A stretch of DNA of 64,000 nucleotides from Paraspadella gotoi (GCA_051294375.1 CM119268.1:2975935-3039934), one strand, 5' to 3'. Positions 1 to 12,964 are shown, counted from the stretch's first letter. A program made the numbers and translations. The notes: a model not told the origin generated them from the letters alone.

Positions 1-1570
1 CGTCCACTTCCTCCACCCTCTCCCCGATCGCTCCTCCAGCCGACGACGCCGGCGAGGACGACGCCGTACGAAGAGCGGCGTCGAGAAGCGGCGGCGACGC
101 GGAGGACGGCAGCAGCGGCGGCGTCGGCAACAGCGGCGGCGTCGGATCTTGAGCGGCGTCGTAGAAACTCAGCGGACGAGGAGATCGACGAGGCGTTCGA
201 GGGAATTGAAGGAGATGCGTTCCAGGAGGCGACGAGGAGGCCTTCTCTCCGAAGACGCGGTTGACGGGATGTTGGGGGAACGACGGAGCGACTTCTCCCT
301 CTCCGCCGACGCCGCCTCCGACACCGCCAGCTTCCTTCTTCTTCTTGGCAGAAGCCTTGGCGGCCAGTTCCTGCAGCACTCCCGAGAAGCTGTCTTTGTG
401 GACTCGTTTGGAGGCTTTCAACTCCTCGTCTTCCTTCGACTCGGCGTCGACGACCCTTTCCGAAGAAGACGGCGACGCCAACATCTCTCTCGAGTTGGAG
501 GATCTAAGCTTCAACTCTTTCATGACGTCCCCGAATGTCTCGCGATGCTTGGCTTTGAATCTCAGCGCGGGTTTCGGGTCGGATTCTCCGCCATGGTCGA
601 ACTCGCCGCTAGGGGTGTCAGCGCCATGATCGTATCCGGCGGGATCGACGTTGATCCTTCCAGAGTGTTCGTAAGATTGTCCGTGGTGATCACCCTCGTT
701 TCTGACGTAATGATCGATCCCTCTGTCCGCTCGATCGACGGCGCCTCTGCCGAAACGATCGAATCTCACGCGGTCGTATCCGTTTCCCGCTCCGCCGCTG
801 CTGCCGCTGCTGCCGCTGCCACTGCCGCTGCCGCTGCCGCCGAATCTATCGAACCTCCTATGATCCCCCTCCCCTCCTCCGAAGCGGTCGTAGTTGCCTC
901 GATCGTCCAGAGGGTCCGCCGAAGCCTCTCGTCGATACCTCAACGAACTCGGGTGTTGAGGCTGACGAGGCAATTCGCGATCCACGGAGCTTCTCGGTCC
1001 CAAACCTCCGAAGAGCCTCGCCGGAGTCGGCGAGGACGAAGAGCCAATCTTGTCGAGCGATTCCAATGAGAGAGCGTGCTGTAAACGCTTGATCCTTGAG
1101 CCGGACGTCTTCTTGAAGGGCGGTTCCAACTCGCCCAGACACCACCGATCCTGCAGACCCTGCGGCGACGCCAGCGGAGAATAATCGTTGCGCTGCACGT
1201 GCTGCTGCGAGGCGCCCGGATGAGGATGTCGAGAGGCGGAAGAAGGAGGAAGGAGTTCCTGAGGCCGGGATGCAGCGCCGGCGGCCCCTGCGGCTCCCGC
1301 TGCGGCTCCCGCTGCAGCCCCGTAATGAGCATGGTGTTTGGATTTTCCGTGATGCCTCGACGGAGGCGACCCGCCGACAGAAGGAGGCGAATCTAAAAAG
1401 GTTTGAGCGGCGCGAAGGACTTCGTCCACGGAGCATTCCACGATCATCGGGGGAATTGATTCCGCCGAAGATTGAGAGGCTTCTTGTCCGATGGAGTCTT
1501 TTGTTTTTATTTCGATCGCTTCGTCTTCTTCGTTGACGTCGGCGTCCAAAGGTTCGATCCTCTCCTCTTC
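1..1570 (-). CDS. Part of a very large exon, 523 uninterrupted codons and open at both ends, encoding a low-complexity disordered region; downstream of EVH1 in the ena-like locus (assignment to ena is inferred)
   Basis: Manual translation of the minus strand from 1570 has no stop to the window edge: EEERIEPLDADVNEEDEAIEIKTKDSIGQEASQSSAESIPPMIVECSVDEVLRAAQTFLDSPPSVGGSPPSRHHGKSKHHAHYG...RETFGDVMKELKLRSS...PTPPLLPTPPLLPSS...GERVEEVD. It is GC-rich against AT-rich introns and probably absent from the ORF track because it has no stop. Confidence 0.8.
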
Positions 1571-1879
1571 TNNNNNNNNNNNNNNNNNNNNNNNNNAAAA
1601 AGAGAGAGATACGACGACGACGACGACGAAGAAAACGACGAACCACGACGGTCGTCGCCTAACTCTTGGCCGAAATACGGCTCCGTTCTGGTCACGCGCC
1701 TTCGCCTCCGCCGCCGCCGCCGCCCACGCCGCTCCCGCCTCCCAGGGAGACAGAGGAGAAGAAGGGTGAGACCAAAGGAGATGGAGAGGAATTGATGACG
1801 ATGGAGAGAGAGAAGATTTGATGGAGGAAGATGGAGAATGGTGGGAGAAGAGGAAGAGGACAGGGGAGGGGAAGGAAAG

Positions 1880-2132
1880 TGAGAACGGACGACATGAGGA
1901 TTGGTCGACGAAGAGCCGCTGCTTGCCGCTGCTATACGCTGCTACGGCCCGCTGTTGCTGCCGCGCCCGTTGCAGTTCAGGCTCGGCGCCTCGTCGACGC
2001 GGGAGTTGAGCAGGACGGAAGAGCGCGGGAGACCGCGCCGCCTGCGGAGGAAAACGCGACGGAGCAGCGAGGAGAATCTGTGCTGCGCGGGACGGAGAAC
2101 GGGACGGACGACGCCGAATGGCGAGGCGTCGG
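1880..2132 (+). other. Possible exon of unassigned origin (GC-rich, frame unresolved); copy at about 10654-10906
   Basis: GC-rich island ending in GG|GTGAGT (donor at about 2133); several partial frames (e.g. ...RRKTRRSSEENL... or ...AEENATEQ...ENGTDDAEW); no recognisable domain. Confidence 0.3.
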
Positions 2133-3083
2133 GTGAGTCATCTGCGTGATCATCGGTGAGCTTCGGGTGAATCTCGGTTGACTCGTTCGGATCGCGCGGA
2201 ATCGCTTGAGTAAATCTTGTATTTTGAGAAAAAAGATTGCCAAAGATTTAATCCTTGCGTTTTAAATCTTTTTTTAATGGTTATTTCTTTAAAATTTATT
2301 ATTTTAAAAGTTGTTTTTTTCTTTTTCGAATAAACACTTACAGTCGATAAGAGCAGATAGCACAACGTTTTTTTAGTTTCTGTAAAATGGTTATTTGTAA
2401 AAATAAATTGGTTACTCTCTCACTTAATACTGTCTAATCAAGTTATATTCTTTTTCAAGCGTCAAGTACTGGAGGCAAGTCAGCGTTGTAATATATTGTT
2501 CAGATTCAATCTAATTTTATTTACACATTTCAGTTATAAGTTCAGGTTATTTATGCATAATTTATATTTTTCACGGACATCATTATTTTTCTCTTCATTT
2601 AATTAATTTAAATAATAGAAAATAGAAAATCTAACAAAAATAGAGAAATTGGTAGCAGATATTAATTCAAAACTTGGTGATTAAACGAACGATCACTGTG
2701 AGTATCATTCGAGGCGAGTGATTAATTTTTCCGCTTTCGAATCGACACTCATCTCACATCGACTCGAATCTTTGAAATCTTCACATTTCACCTTCGACGT
2801 ATCACAATTAATTGTATCTCTGTCGCAGGACAACAACAAAATAAATGATTTAAAAAGTTATTGTTATTTAACAAAAAAGTATCAGACAAAAGGTAATTGT
2901 AAATGTCTTAACTAAAGTAAAAAGAAAATTCACAGTATAAAATCTTGATATTTTTTAATTAATTCAGAATTTAAAAAAAATACACCACAGACTCGAAGCC
3001 GGGTCGATTTGGACAAAATTGTTGTCTTTGTCTTGAGACAAAAGTCGCGATTGAGATTCCCAATATTACTTTCCTCTTCTCAG

Positions 3084-3590
3084 CCCCTCCTCCCTCCTCT
3101 TCTCCCTTGCTCCTTCCCCTCTCCCTCCCTCCTCCCTCTCCTACTCCTTCCAACCCGTTCACCCGCCGCGCCGAATGCGAACCCGCCGACGGCAGAGCGA
3201 CGCGCGACGCCGCGCGCCCGCGTGCAGCGGTAGCGTTTAAGGATTGGCATCGTCTAAGGCGTCGGCGGCAGCGCCAGCCGATCCCGGCCTCAGCCGCGCC
3301 GTTCGAACGGCGCAAGTGACGGCTAGCGGCGGAAACTCCCGCCTCCCGTTTTGTCCTGGAAAGATGAGAGAATCGCGCGACTTTCCCGCTCATTCCTAAA
3401 TTCCGGCGCCACCGTTTCGCGTTGACGCCTGGGGTGGGCGTGCGCTAGCGGCGCCCTCGACGGCGTCGGGCAATCGAGGGACGCCGGGCGTTTTTTTAGT
3501 CGGTTGCGGACAGACGACGAATTCGGGAAGATCGGACATGATTGGATGGAGGACGGATGAAGAATGTTGAAGATTGTTGGAGATACGAGA
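3084..3590 (+). other. Possible exon of unassigned origin (GC-rich, Pro-rich start); copy at about 11858-12364
   Basis: Pyrimidine tract ttcctcttctcag followed by about 500 nt of GC-rich sequence with frameshifted partial ORFs. Confidence 0.25.
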
Positions 3591-3924
3591 ATATGGAAGT
3601 ATTGGTTTTTGTGATTTTTTTAAAAAATTTCGGATCTTTGTTGATCTCGACCAGTGTGGTGTTTTTTTTAGTTTTGGGGACAAAGCGGTACATGTTAAGA
3701 ATAGTTCGTTTTCCAGTCAAAAAACCGTCTGTTTCATTCGTTTTGTTTGTTTTTTAAAAAAATTGTTTTTTCGTAATATTCTCCCAATAATGGAATCTCA
3801 CCCAAAAAAAAAAATTAAGAAATAATTAAATTTTTTTTTAGACATTTTTTTTTAATGAATCGCAAAGTTCGTGCGCCAGGCGAACGACTCACGGATTGTG
3901 GAAAATTGAAAGAATATTTGAGGT

Positions 3925-3927
<3 letters not shown>

Positions 3928-4003
<76 letters not shown>

Positions 4004-4109
4004 GAGAAAGTGGTAGCGGAAAATCTTAGGTTTCAGTCGACATTTTAGTTTATTGGGTTTGATACCCAATACTAATAGGGATGAATGATTATTTAAATGA
4101 TGATGATGA

Positions 4110-4147
<38 letters not shown>

Positions 4148-4155
4148 GGATGATG

Positions 4156-4190
<35 letters not shown>
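3928..4190. repeat. (AG)n microsatellite (3928-4008) and (GAT)n microsatellite (about 4097-4190)
   Basis: Direct inspection. Confidence 0.95.
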
Positions 4191-4931
4191 ACTGACTACA
4201 AAGACATTTATATGTATGATGATAAGATATATATATCGTTAATTATGTTCATTTTGATGATGATAATAAAGAGGACAATGAATATTCGCTCTAAGGTGAT
4301 TTGGACAATACAACGATACCTCAATTAGGACGACGACGACGACGACGACAGCAACGATGACAACGGACGACGACGACAACGGCGACGACGATAACGACGA
4401 CAACGACGTGGTCGTTCCTAACTCGGACTCCACAAAAACCCGTCGATTGAACTCATGGGGAATCGTTTCCTCGAGGCGAATCAAAGCGAAAATCAGTTGA
4501 AAACGAAAACGATGATGACGACGACGACGACGACGGCGGCGACGACGACGACGATAACGATGATGATGATGATGATGATGATGATGAGGATGATAAAGAT
4601 CACTACGACGGACGAGGCCCTCAACTGATCATCGCCCAGACGTCAATGAAAAAGTAAATCACAATTCTCGCTTTGAGACAAAATTAAATACATAAAATAG
4701 CGACTCAAGTTTTTTCATGTTTTACGCGGCATTTATGCGAAAAAATGAATATTAAAAAAAAAAAATTGAATATGAAAAAAATCAATCAATTTCGATGAAA
4801 ATGAAAATTTCTGGATGAAATGAATTCGTTGGCTGAAAACCGGACGCATTGACTTCCAAGCTTTTTCAACGAAATGATCTTTCTTGTGAGAGCTGTTGCT
4901 TTCTTATTTAGTCTCCTCTCTCTCTCTTCTC

Positions 4932-5020
<89 letters not shown>

Positions 5021-5314
5021 GTAGTGCGTCTTAAATTTTTAGCTGCTTTGCTCTAAAAAAATGTTTAAAACTTTTTCAACTTTCTGCTACTGTAGTGAGA
5101 TTCCTTTCACAGACGCTTTCACCTCACTTAATTACAATGTAACTAGAATTAAATCTTCTAAAATGGAAAAACTAAGGGTGTTATTTCTGTTGGTCCGTCT
5201 GTTCGTAACCCCGTCTCCGTTTGATTTGAATTCTCTTTAGTCATGTCTCTCTCCTCTATCGACACTAACGATTCTCTTTCACTCGTTTCTGTTTCGCCAG
5301 TCATCATAAAGCTC

Positions 5315-5366
<52 letters not shown>

Positions 5367-5965
5367 CTCTCTCTCTTCTCTCTCTCTCTCTCTTTGAATC
5401 ACCAAGCGATTGTCGACTGCGTTGTGGACTGCAGCCCTTTTCTCTTTGCTTCTTCGACGAAAGCGTTAATTTATTTTTGCCTTTTTTTTCCTCAATTTAT
5501 TTTTTCAAGCTAAACTATAAAATATATGTAACAATCATTCGGATGAATTCAATGAATCAAAACGAAGATGAATCACGATCAAAAAGGAAATTGAATCGAA
5601 AATGAAAGACGTTAACACATTTTTCGGTTTCTTTCGTCCGATATAAATTTTTTAAACTTGAAGAAAATCAAAAGAGGACTTGAAAAAAAAACCCTTTGGA
5701 ACCTCGAAAAAGTCTCGAGACCTGAGAGGCCGGCCGCCTCTAAACCTCATACTACTATAGAAGACCTCTTCTTCGCTGGAGCGTTTTTTTCATCGCTCAG
5801 CGCTTGTTAACGTTACTCATCGACGTGTAGCTCCTTAACTCCGTTCATCTTCTCTTCAATTACAACACTCCAACTCGCTCACCCTAACGATCCTGGACCT
5901 CTTTCAACGCTCCTTACCTTCCTTTAAAACTTACCTCGCATCCGCTCCTCATCTTTACGCTCCAG

Positions 5966-7428
5966 CCCCAGCTCCATCATTGTCCCGTCGTCATCCCCAT
6001 CAAGATCACTCCCACAAGAAGAGCGCCTCTAGCGGACGACTTTTCGCGGCGCCCTTCGTCGTTTGGGACGACGGACGCCGCCGCAGGGCTCCGCCGCAGC
6101 CTCCGCCGTCCAATTTCCGGGCGCGGGCGACGCCGCCTCGCCCGCAGCTGCGTCGATCCTCTCGACGGAATCGGACGGCGAGGCGGCGAAAAGAGCGGCA
6201 CGTCGCCGCGTTCCATCGCACAAGCCAGCTTCCTCCGAGGAAATTTCCTGACGACGCCTTTCGGGGAAAAAGCCGCGGCCGCAAGACGCTGCAGCGACAG
6301 TTGCAGCAGCGGGCAGGAGTTTAAACGCAGTGGCGCAGGAGGGCGCAGCGAAGGAAGCGGGGTCGCAGGCGGCGCCGCAGCGGGTACATTTTACTACGGA
6401 AGTCGGATTCGGAGGCTTCGTGGAGGACGGAGGAGCGTGTGCGGGGGTGGAGGATGGCGGGAGCGGTTGCGAGGTGGAGGAGGGGGTGGAGGGGTGGCGA
6501 AGATGGGATGATTGAATATGGAGAATGGAAGACAAACGAGTTTGTGCAGCAAGGGTCACGTTATATAGGTATTGTATTAAATAAAAGAACCACCCACTAA
6601 TCGGCAAATAATATTAAAAAGCAATACCCGGGTATTTTTCTCCCTTCACCGCTAGGCCCCGGCCCCCGACGGACACGCCCCCTGGTCTAGGTCAGCCGTC
6701 GTTCGACCGGAAACGAGATATCCGCGCGCGCCGACGTCGCCCGAACGCCGCAGCGGCGCCTCATGGAAGTCCGCCTCGAGTCCGACGACGCCGCAGGACG
6801 CCGCAGCAGGGGATTGCAATTGCATCTTCAGCAACAAAGGCCGCTGATAGACGGGTTCTTTCGATTTCTTCGCCGACGATCTCCGCAGGATCAGCGAGAA
6901 GCTGAGGAGGCGACACGACGACAACGGTTCTCAATTCTCTCGCGTCTTCGAGCACCACCTCCTTTCATTCCTCCAAGCGTCCTCCGCTTCACGCGTCCAA
7001 TCACTTCCGCGTCTCATCCAAACTCTCGCCCAAACGTTCCAACACAACGGAAGCCCGAAGTTCATATCGCTCCTCCTCCAGGAACGGACTCCGAGACGTC
7101 GACGCTCCCAACCCGTCAAGTCGGTCGTCAGGATCCGGAGATTCCCCGCGACCTTCAAACCACTTCGTCAAGGGTAGGCGGAGATCGTCAGACCGAAGCA
7201 TGTTGGGAAGAAGACGGAGCAAGCGTCGTCGCGTCTTTCCGGCGTGCGATCCAAGCCCCGCGGGTTGCCATGGAAACGGAGTTAGCGAAGTTCGGCGGCG
7301 AGAGAAAAGGAAAGAAGGGGGAAGTCGAGTTTGAGAGGAGTTTCAACGAGCACCACCGAGCGGGTCGCGACGATGGGCGACGACCAAGACGATGTTCGGA
7401 ATGGAAGAGGAAAGAGGGGAAGAAGGAG
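5966..7428 (+). pseudogene. Inverted, indel-rich copy of the two post-EVH1 exons (about 5966-6436 and 6656-7428); more likely a redundant noisy read than a true pseudogene
   Basis: Same sequence as 7430-8645 on the opposite strand, with frameshifting 1-nt indels; acceptor tcccttcaccgctag|G at 6655/6656. Confidence 0.6.
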
Positions 7429-7429
7429 T

Positions 7430-7967
7430 ATGCTTCGGTCTGACGATCTCCGCCTCCTTGACGAAGGGTTTGAAGGCGCGGGGAATCTCCGGATCCCTGA
7501 CGACCGACTTGACGGGTTTGGGAGCGTCGACGTCTCGGAGTCCGTTCCTGGAGGAGGAGCGATAGACTTCGGGCTTCCGGTTGTTGTTGACGTTTGGCGA
7601 GAGTTGGATGAAGACGGAAGATGATTGACGCGTGAGCGGAGGACGCTTGGAGGATGAAGAGGAGGTGGTGCTCGAAGACGGCGAAGAGAATTGAGAACCG
7701 TTGTCGTCGTTGTCGCCTCCTCCAGCTTCTCGCTGATCCTGCGGAGATCCGGTCGGCGAAGAATCGAAAGAACCCGTCCTATCAAGCGGCTGTTGCTGAA
7801 GATGCAATTGCAATCCCTGCTGCGGCGTCCTGCGGCGTTCGTCGGACTCGAGGCGGACTTCCTGAGGCGCCGCTGCGGCGTCGGGCGACGTCGTCGGCGC
7901 CGCGGATTCCGTTTCCGGTCGAACGACGCTGACTAGACAGGGGGCGTGGTCCGTCGGGGGCCGGGGC
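7430..7967 (-). CDS. 5' part of the very large exon (continues via 7202-7428 read on + into 1570-1 on -)
   Basis: Acceptor tttttctcccttcaccgctag|G at 7968/7967, phase 2; reads PRPPTDHAPCLVSVVRPETESAAPTTSPDAAAAPQEVRLESDERRRTPQQGLQLHLQQQPLDRTGSFDSSPTGSPQDQRE...PVKSVVRDPEIPRAFKPFVKEAEIVRPK. Contiguity with 1-1570 is visible in the copies at 23417-25495 and 33370-35448. Confidence 0.7.
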
Positions 7968-8186
7968 CTAGCGGTGAAGGGAGAAAAATACCCGGGTATT
8001 GCTTTTTAATATTATTTGCCGATTAGTGGGTGGTTCTTTTATTTAATACAATACCTATATAACGTGACCCTTGCTGCACAAACTCGTTTGTCTTCCATTC
8101 TCCATATTCAATCATCCCATCTTCGCCACCCCTCCACCCCCTCCTCCACCTCGCAACCGCTCCCGCCATCCTCCACCCCCGCACAC

Positions 8187-8645
8187 GCTCCTCCGTCCTC
8201 CACGAAGCCTCCGAATCCGACTCCGTAGTAAATGTCCCGCTGCGGCGCCCGCTGCGACCGCTTCCTTCGCTGCGCCTCCTGCTGCAGCTGCGTTTGAAAC
8301 TCCTGCCGCTGCTGCAACTGTCGCTGCAGCGTCTTGCGGGCCGCGGCTTTTTCCTCGAAGGCGTCGTCGAGGATTTCCTCGGAGGAACGCTGCTTGTAGC
8401 GATGGACGCGGCGACGCCGCTCTTCGCCCGCCTCGCCGTCCGATTCCGTCGAGAGGGATCGACGCAGCTGCGGGCGAGGCGGCGTCGCCGCGCCGGAATT
8501 GACGGCGGAGGCTGCGGCGGAGCCTGCGGCGGCGTCGTCGTCCCAAACGACGAAGGGGGCGCCGCGGAAAAAGTCGTCGCTAGAGGCGCTCTTCTTGTGG
8601 GAGGTGATCTTGATGGGGATGACGCGGGACATGATGGAGCTGGGG
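8187..8645 (-). CDS. Exon encoding a disordered segment plus a Q/E/R-rich predicted coiled coil
   Basis: Acceptor catcttcgctccag|C; frame of ORF 8108..8632: MSRVIPIKITSHKKSASSDDFF...RRSLSTESDGE...EEKAAARKTLQRQLQQRQEFQTQLQQEAQRRKRSQR. Candidate phase-2 donor GC|GTGTGC at 8187/8186 matches the phase of the next exon; the 3' end is uncertain. Confidence 0.6.
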
Positions 8646-9234
8646 CTGGAGCGAAGATGAGGAGCGGATGCGAGGTAAGTTTTAAGGAAGGTAAGGAGCG
8701 GTTGAAAGAGGTCAGGAGTCGTTAGGGTGAGCGAGTTAGCGGTTGATTGAAGAGAAGATGAACGGAGTTAAGGAGCTACGTCGATGAGTAACGTTAACAG
8801 CGCTGGAGCGATGAAAAAAATCGCTCCAGCGAAGAAGAGGTCTTCTATAGTAGTATGAGGTTTAGAGGCGCCGGCCTCTCAGGTCTCGAGACTTTTTCGA
8901 GGTCCAAAGGGTTTTTTTCAGTTCCTTCTTTTGATTTTCTTCAGTTTAAAAATTTATATCGACGAAAGAAACCGAAAAAATGTTTAACGTCTTTCATTTC
9001 GATTCATTTTCTTTTTGAATCGTGATTCATCTTCGTTTTGATTCATTGAATTCTAAATCCGAATGATTTGTTACAATATTTTATAGTTTAGCTTGAAAAA
9101 AAATAAATTGAGGAAAAAAAAGGCAAAAATAAATCTAACGCTTTCGTCGGAGAAGCAAAGAGAAAAGGGCTGCAGTCCACGCAGTCGACAATCGCTTGGT
9201 GATTCAAAGAGAGAGAGAGAGAGAAGAGAGAGAG

Positions 9235-9286
<52 letters not shown>

Positions 9287-9580
9287 GAGAGGCTTTATGA
9301 TGACTGGCGAAACAGAAACGAGTGAAAGAGAAATCGTTAGTGTGCGATAGAGAGAGAGACATGACTAAAGAGAATTCAAAGTCAAACGGAGACGGGGTTA
9401 CGACAGACGGACCAAAGAAATAACACCCTTAGTTTTCATTTTAGAAGATTTAATTCTAGTTACATTGTAATTAAGTGAGGTGAAAGCGCTGTGAAAGGAT
9501 CTCACTACAGTAGCAGAAAAGTTGAAAAAGTTTTAAACATTTTTTTAGAGCAAAGCAGCTAAAAATTTAAGACGCACTAC

Positions 9581-9669
<89 letters not shown>

Positions 9670-10370
9670 GAGAAGAGAGAGAGAGGAGACTAAATAAGAA
9701 AGCAACATGCTCTCACAAGAAAGATCAATTTCGTTGAAAAAGCTTTGGAAGTCAATGCGCCGGTTTTCAGCCCAACGAATTCATTTCATCCAAAATTTTC
9801 ATTTTCAATCGAAATTGATTGATTTTTTTCATATTCAATTTTTTTTTTTTAATATTCATTTTTTCGCATAAATGCCGCGTAAAAACATGAAAAAAACTTG
9901 AGTCGCTATTATTTATGTATTTAATTTTGTCTCAAAGCGAGAATTGTGATTTACTTTTTCATTGACGTCTGGGCGATGATCAGTTGAGGGGCCTCGTCGT
10001 CGTAGTGATCTTTATCATCCTCATCATCATCATCATCATCATCATCATCGTTATCGTCGTCGTCGTCGCCGCCGTCGTCGTCGTCGTCGTCATCATCGTT
10101 TTTCGTTTTCAACTGATTTTCGCTTTGATTCGCTCGAGGGATAAACGATTCCCCATGAGTTCAATCGACGGGTTTTTGTGGAGTCGAGTTAGGGAACGAC
10201 CACGTCGTTGTCGTCGTTATCGTCGTCGTCGTTGTCGTCGTCGTCGTTGTCATCGTTGCTGTCGTCGTCGTCGTCGTCGTCCTAATTGAGGTTATCGTTG
10301 TAATTGTCCAAATCATCCATATTCATTGTCCTCTTTATTATCATCNNNNNNNNNNNNNNNNNNNNNNNNN

Positions 10371-12698
10371 AAAAAGAGAGAGATACGACGACGACGACGA
10401 CGAAGAAAACGACGAACCACGACGGTCGTCGCCTAACTCTTGGCCGAAATACGGCTCCGTTCTGGTCACGCGCCTTCGCCTCCGCCGCCGCCGCCGCCCA
10501 CGCCGCTCCCGCCTCCCAGGGAGACAGAGGAGAAGAAGGGTGAGACCAAAGGAGATGGAGAGGAATTGATGACGATGGAGAGAGAGAAGATTTGATGGAG
10601 GAAGATGGAGAATGGTGGGAGAAGAGGAAGAGGACAGGGGAGGGGAAGGAAAGTGAGAACGGACGACATGAGGATTGGTCGACGAAGAGCCGCTGCTTGC
10701 CGCTGCTATACGCTGCTACGGCCCGCTGTTGCTGCCGCGCCCGTTGCAGTTCAGGCTCGGCGCCTCGTCGACGCGGGAGTTGAGCAGGACGGAAGAGCGC
10801 GGGAGACCGCGCCGCCTGCGGAGGAAAACGCGACGGAGCAGCGAGGAGAATCTGTGCTGCGCGGGACGGAGAACGGGACGGACGACGCCGAATGGCGAGG
10901 CGTCGGGTGAGTCATCTGCGTGATCATCGGTGAGCTTCGGGTGAATCTCGGTTGACTCGTTCGGATCGCGCGGAATCGCTTGAGTAAATCTTGTATTTTG
11001 AGAAAAAAGATTGCCAAAGATTTAATCCTTGCGTTTTAAATCTTTTTTTAATGGTTATTTCTTTAAAATTTATTATTTTAAAAGTTGTTTTTTTCTTTTT
11101 CGAATAAACACTTACAGTCGATAAGAGCAGATAGCACAACGTTTTTTTAGTTTCTGTAAAATGGTTATTTGTAAAAATAAATTGGTTACTCTCTCACTTA
11201 ATACTGTCTAATCAAGTTATATTCTTTTTCAAGCGTCAAGTACTGGAGGCAAGTCAGCGTTGTAATATATTGTTCAGATTCAATCTAATTTTATTTACAC
11301 ATTTCAGTTATAAGTTCAGGTTATTTATGCATAATTTATATTTTTCACGGACATCATTATTTTTCTCTTCATTTAATTAATTTAAATAATAGAAAATAGA
11401 AAATCTAACAAAAATAGAGAAATTGGTAGCAGATATTAATTCAAAACTTGGTGATTAAACGAACGATCACTGTGAGTATCATTCGAGGCGAGTGATTAAT
11501 TTTTCCGCTTTCGAATCGACACTCATCTCACATCGACTCGAATCTTTGAAATCTTCACATTTCACCTTCGACGTATCACAATTAATTGTATCTCTGTCGC
11601 AGGACAACAACAAAATAAATGATTTAAAAAGTTATTGTTATTTAACAAAAAAGTATCAGACAAAAGGTAATTGTAAATGTCTTAACTAAAGTAAAAAGAA
11701 AATTCACAGTATAAAATCTTGATATTTTTTAATTAATTCAGAATTTAAAAAAAATACACCACAGACTCGAAGCCGGGTCGATTTGGACAAAATTGTTGTC
11801 TTTGTCTTGAGACAAAAGTCGCGATTGAGATTCCCAATATTACTTTCCTCTTCTCAGCCCCTCCTCCCTCCTCTTCTCCCTTGCTCCTTCCCCTCTCCCT
11901 CCCTCCTCCCTCTCCTACTCCTTCCAACCCGTTCACCCGCCGCGCCGAATGCGAACCCGCCGACGGCAGAGCGACGCGCGACGCCGCGCGCCCGCGTGCA
12001 GCGGTAGCGTTTAAGGATTGGCATCGTCTAAGGCGTCGGCGGCAGCGCCAGCCGATCCCGGCCTCAGCCGCGCCGTTCGAACGGCGCAAGTGACGGCTAG
12101 CGGCGGAAACTCCCGCCTCCCGTTTTGTCCTGGAAAGATGAGAGAATCGCGCGACTTTCCCGCTCATTCCTAAATTCCGGCGCCACCGTTTCGCGTTGAC
12201 GCCTGGGGTGGGCGTGCGCTAGCGGCGCCCTCGACGGCGTCGGGCAATCGAGGGACGCCGGGCGTTTTTTTAGTCGGTTGCGGACAGACGACGAATTCGG
12301 GAAGATCGGACATGATTGGATGGAGGACGGATGAAGAATGTTGAAGATTGTTGGAGATACGAGAATATGGAAGTATTGGTTTTTGTGATTTTTTTAAAAA
12401 ATTTCGGATCTTTGTTGATCTCGACCAGTGTGGTGTTTTTTTTAGTTTTGGGGACAAAGCGGTACATGTTAAGAATAGTTCGTTTTCCAGTCAAAAAACC
12501 GTCTGTTTCATTCGTTTTGTTTGTTTTTTAAAAAAATTGTTTTTTCGTAATATTCTCCCAATAATGGAATCTCACCCAAAAAAAAAAATTAAGAAATAAT
12601 TAAATTTTTTTTTAGACATTTTTTTTTAATGAATCGCAAAGTTCGTGCGCCAGGCGAACGACTCACGGATTGTGGAAAATTGAAAGAATATTTGAGGT

Positions 12699-12777
<79 letters not shown>

Positions 12778-12883
12778 GAGAAAGTGGTAGCGGAAAATCT
12801 TAGGTTTCAGTCGACATTTTAGTTTATTGGGTTTGATACCCAATACTAATAGGGATGAATGATTATTTAAATGATGATGATGA

Positions 12884-12921
<38 letters not shown>

Positions 12922-12929
12922 GGATGATG

Positions 12930-12964
<35 letters not shown>

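Larger units (their letters stand above)
1597..4258. repeat. 2.66-kb block duplicated base-for-base at 10371-13032
   Basis: Identical sequence and identical ORF set at a constant offset of 8774; each copy starts immediately after a 25-N gap. Confidence 0.95.
4259..10345. repeat. Large imperfect inverted repeat: arms about 4259-7201 and 7430-10345, spacer about 228 bp (probable assembly artefact)
   Basis: 7430 atgcttcggtctgacgatctccgcc is the reverse complement of about 7178-7201; the end at 10345 (ctctttattatcatc) is the reverse complement of the start at 4259. The arms differ by scattered 1-nt indels. Confidence 0.9.

Noticed and set aside
149-1069. 306-aa + strand ORF
   Set aside because: Antisense shadow of the longer uninterrupted minus-strand frame; GC-rich codons suppress stops and the splice signals support the minus strand.
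4259-10345. Giant hairpin, foldback transposon or endogenous siRNA locus
   Set aside because: The arms are host exons and introns, differ by read-like indels, and the inverted arm is the missing continuation of the adjacent gap.
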